A DNA stretch of 64,000 bases from Psammoneis japonica (Eukaryota): assembly GCA_008632985.1 (NCBI GenBank), contig QPGO01000181.1:1-64000 (forward strand), read 5' to 3'. The first letter of the stretch is position 1; every line of letters begins with the position of its first letter. Below are positions 1 to 12,100 of this stretch, piece by piece. The translations under genes were made by a program, and so were the position numbers. The notes under the pieces were generated by a model. It was not told where the DNA came from and made no database searches. It saw nothing but the letters and a program-made list of their open reading frames with translations.

Positions 1-520
1 AACTTGCCATGGCCCTGAAGCAGGTGACACTGCACCATTGAGCATGCCCTCTCTTAAGATGCGCTTGGCCTTGCTGTGTTCCCATTTCTCTTCTTCTTCT
101 TCATTTGGCATCATCATGTCTGTTGGTCAAGGAGAATTCAAATGAATGGCATTTGAGCATGATGATTCAAATGAGCAGCATTTGAGCACATTTGAGCACT
201 TTTGAGCACAGTTGGCGATGATTGAGCTTTGATCACAATTGGTGATGACATCAGCAGAAGTGGTGATGAGAAATAAACAAACCTTTTCATTTGAATTTTT
301 TTGTGAGAAAGTGGATGTTGCACATTTGATGCAGTCATGCAAGTGAGGGGTGGTTGTCATGCACAGTTTTTCACAGGCCATGCACGTGAGATTCAAATGG
401 ATTCTGGCACCGCAATGAGCATGTTGCCAGGTTTTTGTTGTCTTCTCGGCATGATGTCAATGGTCTCTGTGAGCAGCAGGTTGGCACACTTTCAGCATGA
501 GCAGTGTGGCCCAAGTGGGG

Positions 521-2400
521 TCATCTGATGCTTGCACAGGGACAGACCAGCACCATCTTCCCATTGGGGACATCTGGAGCTCTGATCTGGGACAAAGGGA
601 TGCGTGATCCCCTGAGGCAATGGTGAGTCACCCACACCACAGTGATGCTCATTCTTGCATCAACATGGCCGCATGCCTCTGAATGTGGCTTTTGCCACGT
701 TCTGCGCAGCACTGCCTCAGCTTGCTTGCCAAGCAGTCCATTGCATGAGATGCAATGAAGGGACAAGCAAAGTGGCGACATTGCTCAAGGCAGGGCTTGA
801 GGTGCTTGCACTTTTTCTCTCATTCGTGTTGTTCAAGAACTTCTTCTGGTGTCTTGGATGGGTGTGATTTTGCATCCGTGTCTGGAGCATGAATGTCCAT
901 GATGGTGTTCATCCTTCAATCCCAGAATTCTTTAGACAAAATGTCTCTGCAGTCGCCATCCTTTTGGACATGTTGGAGTCTGTGGTGCCTTGTGAGTTGT
1001 TGGAGGTGCACAGGCTTCCTGAGGTGCACAGAAAGGCTTGAAGGCCTTTCCAATTGGGTCACCAAGGTCATCATGCATGTCGTCGTGTCGTGAGATGACT
1101 GGACCACCCTTCTTGCACTGCAGGGCATGATTGATGGAGAATTTGCATCCGCGTCCATCACAGCACTCGGGGAGGATGGGGGGAGTGCTGCCACATCGCA
1201 GGTGAAATGTGTCACAAAATTCCAGACAAGAGATTTCCGTGCTGTTCAGTGTCAATGGGTGCACTGGTGGCCATGCTCCAGTGCTGGTGCTGCACTTGAT
1301 GGCTCTGGCCTTGAGGTTGGGTGGAGTCTGGAGGATCATCTTGAGTCTCTCCTCGTGCATCTTGGCTTTCCCATTGGCTGCTTTTTCTTTTGCTTTCCAC
1401 ACAGTGTCCTTGTGGACTGCTGAAGCAAAATCAGAGTTGCCATGAAGTGAGTCTGTCATGTGAGAGCAGGCAAAAGAGCACTTGCTTCACAGTTTTGGGA
1501 CACAGACTCCATTGGACGAGGGATGGACAGTCCTGCAAATTTGACTGGGAGGGCCGACAGAGCCAATCTTGGCAGATCATTGTCAGCCAAGGTCTCACCA
1601 AATGATGCTGGAAGAAAATGGTGCTGGATTGCACATGCTCTATTTCCAAAAAGGATTCTCCACAATCCTTTGCTGCATGTTTGACATGCTGCCACTGGTG
1701 CTGCAGGGACTTTTGAAGACCGGCAGAGGCAGTCTGCGGGTGGTGAATCACAACATTTGCAAGTCCTTGGATGACCAAGGTCTACAACTCGGCTTTCTCC
1801 ACCAGCCATTGGTCATGTGCATCCATCTCTCTGATGAAGCCTCTGAGGCAGCGGCCACCTGAGCAGATGGTGAAGCCGAGGTCTCTGAAGTGCGCCCCAG
1901 CGAGTTCCAGGTTGCGTTTTGGGACTGCTGGGATGTTCTTCTTGTTGTTGGCAGGGCAGCATCCATGCTTGGGGCCTTTGGCTTGAAGAATCAAGAAGAA
2001 TTCCTGGAGGATGTTGAATTTCTGGGCTGCGGCTGAGTCGTCAGTGCACCATGGCGTGAAAGCTTCCTGAAGGGTTTCATTCAGCTTGTGGACCAGTGGG
2101 AGAAGACCTTGTCCACAGGCCACCACACCAAGTGGGTCACCCTTTTTAACACTTTCCTTGCTGAACAGCATGAAGGCAGTGCTGAAGTGTCTGCAGATGA
2201 TTAGGATGCTCCAATGCTTGCAGCATTTGAAAGCAAACCTTGCGCCAGATGTCCAGAAGTGTCTGACATTGTGCAATGTTAGAACCCTGTTCTCCTCATT
2301 GAATCCATTAGAGGCATTGATGAAGAGGAAGCCGCAGTCATCCTTGAACTTGTGCTGTTCCCAGAGGAGATTCATTGTGTGAATCGCTCCCTCGATGCCT
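521..2400 (-). mobile_element. Decayed non-LTR retrotransposon, RLE (restriction-like endonuclease) type, CRE-like; RT through C-terminus
   Basis: Frameshifted ORFs 1782-2375, 1456-1809, 932-1459 and 521-781 give RT motifs INASNGFNEENR, GDPLGVVACG, PWCTDD (WYADD-type) and GPKHGCCP. These are followed by a CDGxGxxFxxxHALQCKKGG zinc knuckle, an RD-I-x-x-FW endonuclease start and a terminal CLRGSRIP. Confidence 0.85.
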
Positions 2401-2793
2401 GTTCACAAAGAATTAATTTATTGGTTGGGGAAACTGCCTAGAGTAGTTGTGCATTTGTCGGAATATCATGAATTCCATAGCGTCTGTCATGGCACGTTTC
2501 ACGCGTGATTACGGCGTTTTCCTGCTCAGTGTACCGTATGTACCGGTACTGTAGTGGCACCCACCCCCCAACCGAGGTGGGCCAGCTCGGAATCTTTGTT
2601 GCACTTTTTTCTGTCAAAACAAGGGCACAAAATGATTTCCACAAAAACACTACAAAATCCTCCAAATCGAGCCGCGGACAAGAAGAATCATCACCGTGAG
2701 ATAACACGAAATTCTGCATACCGCAGTACTGTAGACTCGGTGCCGGGCATACCGGTAGCGGTAATCGCATCTCATCATCTGTGCTCGCCAACA

Positions 2794-4588
2794 ATGACTA
2801 CAATGCAGCCGTCACCATCATTGCCGGCGTCGTCTCACGAAGGAGAGAATGGTGAAAACAACAGTGGTGAGACGACCCAATCATATGCGCAAGATCGCAA
2901 GCTATCCCCCCAAATTCTTCCTCACAAACCCTTGAATGGTGCTACAGTCCCACCAAATCAGGGGTACTCGTTGGACACAAATTCAATCCAACCTGAAGAT
3001 GCCACTGGGCTGCAAACTCAGTTTCAGTCTCTTGAATTAGATTCAGGAAATAGAGTTGCTGGCCCTGGCCGGAACGTTGCGGGTGTCGATGTCAATGAGG
3101 TTGACGATGAACCAAATAATGACTGTCCTGTGAAATTGTTCGTTGGACAGGTATGGGTATTACGAATTGGTTTCGTATGCGACGAAACAGTGCACTATCT
3201 TTACTCAATCTGGATTGCATTTGTCTGTTCCCGTGCTCTACAGGTGCCGAAGACCATGAACGAAGAAAACATCTTCCCCACTTTTGATTCTTTTGGCCCG
3301 CTGAAGGATATAGCTATTATCAGAGACAAGCATACAGGGCTTCATCGTGGCTGTGCATTTGTTACCTTTTGGTCTTCCACAGACGCCGAAGCTGCTCAGC
3401 AAGCGCTTCATGACAAGTTCACTTTTCCTGGAGGGAGGCGGCCAGCGCAGGTGAAGCCAGCGGAGCCTTCCGGTAAGAATGGCTTCAAATTTCAAATTCT
3501 ATGGAACTCCGAAGTAGGATGGTTCTAATGATTTTGCTTTTTTACTTAATTTAATTGATCAGTTCCAGAAAACAAGCTTTTCATTGGCATGCTTTCCCGA
3601 AAGGCTGGTGAGGCAGAAGTAAGAGAGCTGTTTGCGCCATTCGGGGAGATTCAAGAGATTTACATGATCCGAAATACTGATGGGTCGAGCAAGTGTGCTG
3701 CTTTTCTTCGATATGTCAAGCGTGAAGCTGCTCTTAAAGCTATCGAGAGTTTGCACGACAGTGTTTCGATGGACGGCTCCGCCCGTCCTCTCATAGTAAA
3801 ATTTGCTGACACGAAGCAGCAACGCCATGCCCGACATATGCGTAACACACGGCGAGAGCAGCTTCTGGCATCTATGGGTAGCGCTGGGCACGCATATCCC
3901 GGCTTTCAGGTGCGTTTGCATTAGTGAATTTTAAGAGACTGGTCTTATCCCACCTCCTCACCCAATCACCTTGTCATTGTCGTTAGCTACAGGTTCCTCA
4001 GGTCCCACCCCCCTTGGGCTTACCTCATGCGAGTCACTATTCCATTCCCCAGTACTCATCTGGGTATCACGGTACTGCTCACCCAGCTCCACCTGCTCAT
4101 CATCCTTATGTGTATGCTCCACACCACCAGTTTAGTCATGCTCCGGGTTATGGTTTTCCGAGCCAACAGGATTTGAGGGCCGCAAATCCACGTCCCAGGG
4201 AAGGTCCTGCGGGGGCGAATCTTTTTGTTTATCACTTACCGCATGATCTTACAGACAGCGATCTTGCCTCAGCATTCAATCCATTTGGGAATGTTGTAAG
4301 TGCAAAGGTATATGTAGACAAGTTCACTGGAGAAAGCAAAGGTTTTGGTACGTTCGTGCGGTAATCTTTGAGGTTGCATCGCGTTGTATGCTCTTTTGTT
4401 CTCAAAATTCTCACATTGAGCTCGCAGGCTTCGTGTCTTACGACTCTGTTATGTCTGCAGAGTCTGCGATTGAGAAGATGAATGGATTTCAGATTGGGAA
4501 CAAACGTTTGAAAGTTCAGCACAAGCGGGTGAACAGCACGGCAAGCGGAGTTCCGCACCAGCAATCACAAGGTGATGGTCAAGCATGA
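2794..4588 (+). CDS. CELF: CELF/Bruno-like RNA-binding protein with three RRMs, ~484 aa. Exons 2794-3150, 3244-3472, 3563-3909, 3987-4347, 4428-4588
   Basis: RRM1 KLFVGQ|VPK...[12 protein letters not shown]2 [10 protein letters not shown]...[12 protein letters not shown]3 [14 protein letters not shown]...SKGFG|FVSYD...[17 protein letters not shown]. Four GT-AG introns (77-93 nt) join in frame, total 1455 nt. The start could instead be the in-frame ATG at 2632, and the intron-3 acceptor is ambiguous (3987/3993/4002). Confidence 0.93.
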
Positions 4589-4709
4589 AACCTGGGCATA
4601 TTCTAAGCGGCGTGTTTAGAACTCTTCTAGTCACTCTTGTTGCAGTTGACCTGTGACTTCAGAATTCTACACCACTTTTGGACTTGTAACATAGCTGCTA
4701 GTTTAGATG

Positions 4710-7500
4710 GGCGTGTCATTGACAGCTGAGGTGCTTCCTCCATGCGACTGTTACTTGCACACCAGAAATGTCCAGCATGCCACGACAATTGGCAGGGTCC
4801 CGGCGACAGGTGACTCCAACTCCTCTCATTTCAAATTAACACGATGACAAACTCCAAAACTCTGCTCAAGTTCAAAAACTTTCTTGAAACTGTTCCCACA
4901 GGCGCTTCTTTTTCGCAATTTAAATGTTGAATTCAAGCCAGGAGCAGTGTTGCACTTCCTGATCACACCACAAGCATCTGACAGAGCATCAAGAAAACCT
5001 CAACATGTCCAAAGTTGTGCCCCTGTGTCTTTTTGCAACAATTGCTGATGTCACTTTGGGCCAATGAATGAAGGAGACAGTGCATTTTTGCACCCCTGAC
5101 TTCACATTTGGCGTGCTCTGCCTGTGATGTTGACCAAAAATGGCTGCCTGAATCTCAGCTGCTGTTGGTGAACAGTTTGTCAGCACACATTTTCTGTAAA
5201 GTTCTTCCGCTCTTTGGACAAAAGGGTGTGGACATTGACCAGCTTCTTGCAGTTGTTTTAGAATTTTGCTGCATTTGGGAACTTGCTTTGACATCTGCAA
5301 TTGGAGCAAAGTTTTGCCGCGATTGTGCCAAAAAAACAAATTGATGTCGACACATTGCAGCAGAGTGAAAAGAACAATTGAGGATTCCAATCTAAAAGGC
5401 ACATTGCGAACATTGGAACATGGTGTGGAGGGAGCACACAGGCACCACCACACCACACACAAAATGAGAAACTCAAAAATTGCAGAGAGAAAATGCAAGT
5501 GCAGAAATGAGGATTGGTCAGGCTGTCACAAGAACATGTTTGTGAAGAGTGCAAATTCTGCTGGTCACTGTGACCCAAGATTCCAGTGACCTGTGTCATC
5601 AGGATCAGGACAAAAAAACTTGAGAGACCTTTGGAAAAAAGACTTTGGGAGTCTCCACTGCTCACAATTTTTAACATGGTTGCTGCAATGCTGACAGCTG
5701 GAGTTTGCCTCAGATCCATTTTGTGTTGTCATGCCTCATCCTCTGATCATGCTCTGAACATTGTGGTGCATTTCCTCTGCGCTGCATGCAAAAGATGTGA
5801 GATGTGTTGAAAATGTTGTCAAGATCACCATCTGTGACCAATGCAGATAATTTCCTTCGCACTGGTGAGCTTGGAGCTCAGTTGATTGCAGCAGATGTTG
5901 TCAATTTTCAGGCAAGTGCTCATCTTGGAGGATGGCAACCCAGTTCTTGTGCTGCACAAGTGGATGTCTTGCATGGCCAGATTTTGTGTTGGTTTTTGCA
6001 TGTCCATGTGCGCACATCCTGGACCATCAGATGCCACAACCATCTTGTCACATGTGATGTGGCACCTGCCCTCACTCAAAGCAAGCGCAAGATGCTCCAC
6101 CCACTGGATGACCACCTGCACACAATGTGCCAGCACACACTCCACATTGATGCATGTGACACATTGAGCATGATTGGAGGAGTGTTCTTGAAAATTGTGT
6201 GCACTTGAAACCCCGCCATCATGTCCAGCTCTGATGGGAATGAAAACTGTTTTTTGTGCCCCCCTCATGTTGACACGGCAGTCTTGAACATTGTCTGCTA
6301 CATCCAGCCTGCTGCAAGTTGTGAAGCCATGTCTGCTGCTGCCAATGCTGTTTCTCATGCTCTTTCTGAACCACAAAAAGGGGATGGCATTTTTGGTGAC
6401 ATCAGACAAATCTGCTGGCTGACATTTCACCATGAGAACAGTCAGCAGGGCACCGCCATTGCTTTTCAGGTTTTCTGACTTCTGAATCTAGAATGCCATC
6501 TTTGTGACTGCATCTGCATTTTACACTGGCATCTCACCATTGCCCTTTGGCTGCTCAACAAATTGTTTGAAAAAAAAACAATGTCAACACCTTGTGATTC
6601 CAAAACATCTCAGCGGACAACCACACCCCAGTTTCCAACAAGCTTTCCATCAGGCAAATGGACCAGCTGTTTCAGCAGTGCAACAGCATCAGACATCTCT
6701 GGAACACTGTGATCATGCAAAAACAAGATTTCTGGACAGATGTTCTCCACATCAATGAGCTGTGATGTGCAAATGTTTGTGCAATGTTCGCTCATGCAAT
6801 GTCAGGCAAAGTGCAGTTTGCTGGCTCGTCTCCGTCAAACCACCAACCCATCTTAAGAAACTTGCCAATCCCCAAGGACAATCATGAATGTGGGTTGACC
6901 ATTGCTTTTGTGAGAGCTTGGGCCTGCTTGACAGGTTCTTGCACATTGCTGTCTTCAATGGCAGATTTGTGCAAGAGTGGCAAAGCCCATGTTGGGTTGG
7001 GGCCATCAGAGAATTTTGATTGCACTTTCACTCAAGTGCCACCAACTCATCTTGAAAGCATGTTCTGAGACATTTAGGAACTTGCTTGAAACAAATTGGT
7101 GACAGTTGTGCATCAATGGGCAAAGCTGTGGAAGCTTTTGCAAGCACATGAACAATCAGAATTTAGTGTGCATTGTCATTTTTGTCCAAAAAGAGCCTGA
7201 TGTTCTGCTCACATCTCTGGAGTTTTTCTGTTGCAGTCTTTCACAGTGCTTCTTGTCAATTGAAGCACCGCTGACTCCACTGCTTGTTTGCTGTCTTGGC
7301 ATTCAAGAAAGGATGTTGTCCAAAAAAAATGTCCATCATCACACTTCATTCTGGCAAACAATGAGTTTGTTTTTGCCTCACTCTCCACAAACAACTCAAC
7401 TGAAGACATCTGTGCATCCATTAGAAGGGACTGGCTGCAAGACTCAAATTTGGAAAGAAAAACATGGAAGGAGTGTTTCTCCATTGAAGGGACACACTAC
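4710..7500. repeat. Unclassified decayed repeat-like DNA
   Basis: Same TpA/CpG-depleted, TG/CA-rich composition as the recognisable transposons; no family motif recognised. Confidence 0.4.
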
Positions 7501-7509
7501 AGGCAATGA

Positions 7510-8538
7510 CAGAGAGAGCTGTCATGCACGGAGGGTCACAAGTGACTGCCCTGATTGGGGACAGACCACACCATCAGAATTCACATGCAGTGCATGCCAT
7601 GCACACACTCATCACACTGCACTGGGGGCAGGCCCCACTGGCCACCTGTGTGGCTCTTTCGTGACTGAGGCCACCAGCCCTTCAATGGCTCACCATGTTT
7701 GAAGCAACACTGCTGCCTTTTCATGCCTCCATTTGCCACAAACTCTCCCCTTTTGCATGTGCCATGAACTGTTCATTGCCCTTCACCATGTCCTCACCTG
7801 GACAATCACATCCACCAAACCACTGCACCATGACCTGGATGATCCCGCTCCACCATGCAAACACACATCCACCCCCTTCTGGAAACTGCTGCTCCTTTTT
7901 GTGGCACTTGTCATCCCTCCACCCTGCTGCTCCACCACCAACAACCCCAGCACAAAGCACCCATCTGCTTCCTCTGTCACCCCCACCTGCCTTGAGACAG
8001 CTGTTCTGACAAGGCCACATCCACAAGCTCTGCAATGCTGCACACACTGCCACCTCCCACCATGCCACCACTGCCCATCCACCCAACTTCTCTGCATTGA
8101 CCTGCTGCCACACAGCCCAGCTGTCTGCTGATGCTGACAACTTTGATGCTGCTTGCCACCGTGTAACTTCCAACCTCCCCATCACCACTGTTGATGACAC
8201 TCGACTCCCTCTAATTCATGCACCACTCTGACCACCCCGCACCCAGTGGCCACCACAAGCCACTGCTCTTCATGCATGGTGCTCTCCTCCCCCGTCCCTG
8301 CCCTGCATCTCTGATGATGAGCTCTCAGCAGCTCTCAGCAAGTGCAAACCTGGTGCTGCTGCTGGCCCATGTGCTTGCTCCACCAACCTCTTTAAAGCAT
8401 GTGCCCTCTTCTAAAACCACCACCCCAACCAAGACATGCCTTCACTGACACCTCTCCACCTTCAAGAACTTCATGGTCCTCCTCCTCCAAACTGAGTCTG
8501 TCCCACCAGAAATCCAACCCCTTGTCCCTGCCAACTGC
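7510..8538 (+). mobile_element. C-rich CRE-like non-LTR retrotransposon, 5' part (interrupted by the Plavaka-like element)
   Basis: Reads KPGAAAGP...FKNFMVLLLQTESVPPEIQPLVPANC and continues in frame after 18851 as FVALQKDPTNLNKLCPIG (ANYFVALxKD...KLRPIG-type RT N-terminal motif). Confidence 0.7.
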
Positions 8539-8551
8539 ATCAGAGGCCCGT
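8539..8551 (+). repeat. Left terminal inverted repeat of Plavaka-like element
   Basis: ATCAGAGGCCCGT, exact reverse complement of 18835-18847; one mismatch to 58153-58165. Confidence 0.85.
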
Positions 8552-9177
8552 AGAAAAGGCCTTGAGTTACAAGTCATTGAACCCCACCATCTCATGGCAT
8601 GCACGTGTGCGCCCAGATTGGTGGACCCCCCTCCAGATTAAAATCGACATTCACCCATTGGAATGACAACATTTTTGTTCATTTTCAATTTGTAGATTAG
8701 AACATCACACACATTCATTGTTCCACAACGCATTTTATTTAATTTACATTTGTTGACTTGAACACCAAAATGCCAAGTCACACGGCTCTGTCATTCCCTC
8801 AACTGAGGACAATTGCATTTCGCTCCAGCCGTAAAATGTTCATTTCATGTTGCCTGTGGCATTTTTGCCCAAATTTCTGCATTTCCGTCCTCATGATGAA
8901 TGTCGACAATTCCATGAAATTTTCCACCCTTTTCTGCTTTCCCTCCAAAACCCCCTCCTCTCCACCGAATCACAATCTTTCATTTGCACCATTCCCCCGG
9001 GCGATTGTGTTCAGGGCATTTGTCTCTTCTACTTGTGATCTACGGGTCCAATCCCCTGTGGTTTTGGTGAATCTGCGCAGAACCGCGAAAGCAGCATGAT
9101 GACAAGTCCGTGGTTTCTACATCCTCTGTTCATGCCGCGATCGCCCATGGCGGTTTGTCTCTCCCGCTGTTGCGACC

Positions 9178-12100
9178 ATGCCCCATCTCAAAGTTATGCC
9201 CAAGCAAAAGCAACGTCTCTCTTCTCACTCTGAATCATTCAGGGATGCCACCAAATGCAAAACTCGCCCATCGCACCGCTTTGTCACGTCTCCAGACCTC
9301 GACGGCTCGCTCAATGACATTTTTTTGACATCCAACGTGGCGGCAAACCTCTCTGATGATGTCAATCTTAGCTCTGACGATGACTCTGATGGCAATGACT
9401 CATCTGCTCAAGGCAACGATCATGCCAGTGCACCGTCTGCATCCAGAGACCTTGACGGGTCATGCTGGTGATCTTTCTTTTCCCAACGAAGATGATGCAG
9501 ATGCCAGTTCTTTAGACGGAAGTGATGTTTCTGTTCTTGACGACCATGCCAAAGCATTCACAAATGGTGTTGACGGTGCCTGCATGACAAAGTCCCAATT
9601 AAAAAAAATCATCGAGACGCAGCACCGCCGTCAGAAGTTCATCAAGACTCATAAATGGACACCCTCCGCTGATCTCATTGCCCTGCCCTTTGTTTGTCAT
9701 AACTGCCAGAATCGAGCCTCCCATTTCTTCATGGAAGTGTTGATGGTCAACGATGTGGTTGCCCATTCTCTTGGCCACAAAGACAGCTTTCATATGTAAA
9801 AAGTTGTGGCTGGATGTGTTTTCATCATAAAGATGGGAAGTGTGTTCTGGAGTGCCGCAAGCTGGCCGAAACCTTTTCCAATCTTTCCCAATTCGGCAAA
9901 CATCTCCATGCAATCATTGACGATTTATGCAAGATGACAGTGAGCAAACAAATTGGCAATGACCCTTGCTTCCTTCGGCTCAATGGCTTTAGATCCAAAT
10001 TGGATTTTTTTGCACAATGCCTGAGCATCGCTGCTGCCACAACGGAGTGTTGCTTTCTCCCTCACATCAATGAAGAGTTTGGCAATTTTTCGATGCTGGT
10101 CGACCATCATTTTTTCTGGCTGCAAAAAGAGGAAACAGTTCGTGCTGTTTTGCAACAATGTTTTGACCCTGATGAACACGGATCAGAAGTTGAAGGATGG
10201 GAAGGTCACCAAGAAGATCCTCGCCGATCATCTGGAATGTGTCAAGGCTCACATTGACACTCATGCCACGGCAAAAGGCATCACACAAAAATGCCAAGAA
10301 TTGGTTGAGCATGAGCTCCATTCCACCTTCAAGCATTCCTGCAAGGACACGAATTGTCTCAAGTTCCGCAACCTGGCAATTGTGCGATCACATGTCCGCG
10401 ATCTCACCTGTCCACACCTTTCACGTGAGGCCAAGGCAAAGTTTGTTTCTTCCACCAAGAGGAGGAAGAAGAGCAAGGAGTCCTCTAGTGTGTCTGCTGG
10501 TTCTCTGGCACCTCCGCCCACTTCATCCAAGAAAGACACCAACCAGAATCCCGTTGCTCAGCCAACCGGCCCCACGGCTGACAGCCCACCGTCCGCCAAT
10601 CGCTCCATCAGCACACTCACCTCCCAGTTGCAACCTTTGGCTGACGACACAGTCAAGGCGTTGTCAGACGGAGAGTCATCGTCGACCGGTGAATCATCGA
10701 CTGATGACAACCCCATCCAGAATGTTCCCATCGCCGGTGCTGTGGGTCCATCCCTGGGAGGAGTTGCTTCTTCAGCATCTCCAGTGAAGCCCAGCACATC
10801 GAGTGGCACCATGGCTTCCTCGTCAATTGATGATCGGTTCCCCCATGGTTGTTGTTGCCACTTTGCATCCCTTGCTGACATCTCCAGGTGTGCTCCTTGC
10901 GTTTGTGTTTTTTATGATCCGGACGACGATGATGATGACAACGAGCAATCTGCCAATCGGGAGTTAAACCTGCATCATTCTCCAGCAGACCATTGCTTGC
11001 TTGATGATCTACGACATCATCTCCATTCCTTTGTGACGATGCAACCACTTCCTTCCACCATCAATCATTGTCGGGAGCCAGTGGTTGTCCCACCCAGAGC
11101 TCAATGCATTCAGGATGACGCTGCCATTTTGCGCTCGTCCTCACATCTTTGGCAGAAACACTTTGGTGTGCTCAAACACGGCTATTCCAATGCCAATCGT
11201 GATGGGAAGATCATGTGTTACGAGAAAAACTATGATGATCGGTCCAAGCAACCAGAGAAATGGGACTGGATTGATTTTGGCTGCTGTGGTCAGTCGCACG
11301 ATGTGCTCAAGAACGGCAAGAAAGTCCCATCACTGCAAGTCAGTTTTGGAATTTTTGAGAAAGAAAAAAACGTCGTCACCTGCAATCAGATCAAGTCTGT
11401 GCTGGCGGACACATGCGTTTCCATGCAGAGGTGCCATGATGAGCTAGAGACGGAGCACTTTGGCAATCCTTGACCCTGCAACAACACTGCACGAACTGCA
11501 ATGCATGGGGCCACGCTTGCACTGGGCTGGGTTGCAAAGTAGCAAGGAATGAGCTTGGCACTGTCCAAGCTAAGATCATGCCTGATGGTGTGCAGATTCA
11601 TCCAGATGATCGAAATTGTGTTTTTCATGGATGCACCAAGACCGGAGCCCTGTGTTTTTTCATCCCAGACAAGTTGGGGAATGTCATTTCTGTCAAGTTC
11701 TTTGCCAACAGCCGGAAACGTGCAGGCGAATATTTTGACAAGCATCTGACGTTACCACCATTGAAGACAATGATGCTGAAGCATGTCACCACCATAAATT
11801 GTGCCTGCAAGGAGTTCTCTTTATCGTACAAGGGTCCTCATGGTCCACCAAAAGATTTGAACCACCGCCATCCCAAGAACATGATTCTCGATGATCATTG
11901 CCCATGCAAGGAAAAGGCACTCGACAAGGCTGGTTCGATTGTCATGGACAGGTGGGAGTTTCCCACCTCCTGCATTTGGGATTTGTGGTTGTCAATGGGG
12001 ATCACCATCCTGTTCTGACTCCGAGATGTGCTCGGAATCCACAAGGTTGTCAAGATGGCAATCATGGCTTCTTGTCAGACTGGATTCCACCGGTTCTTCC

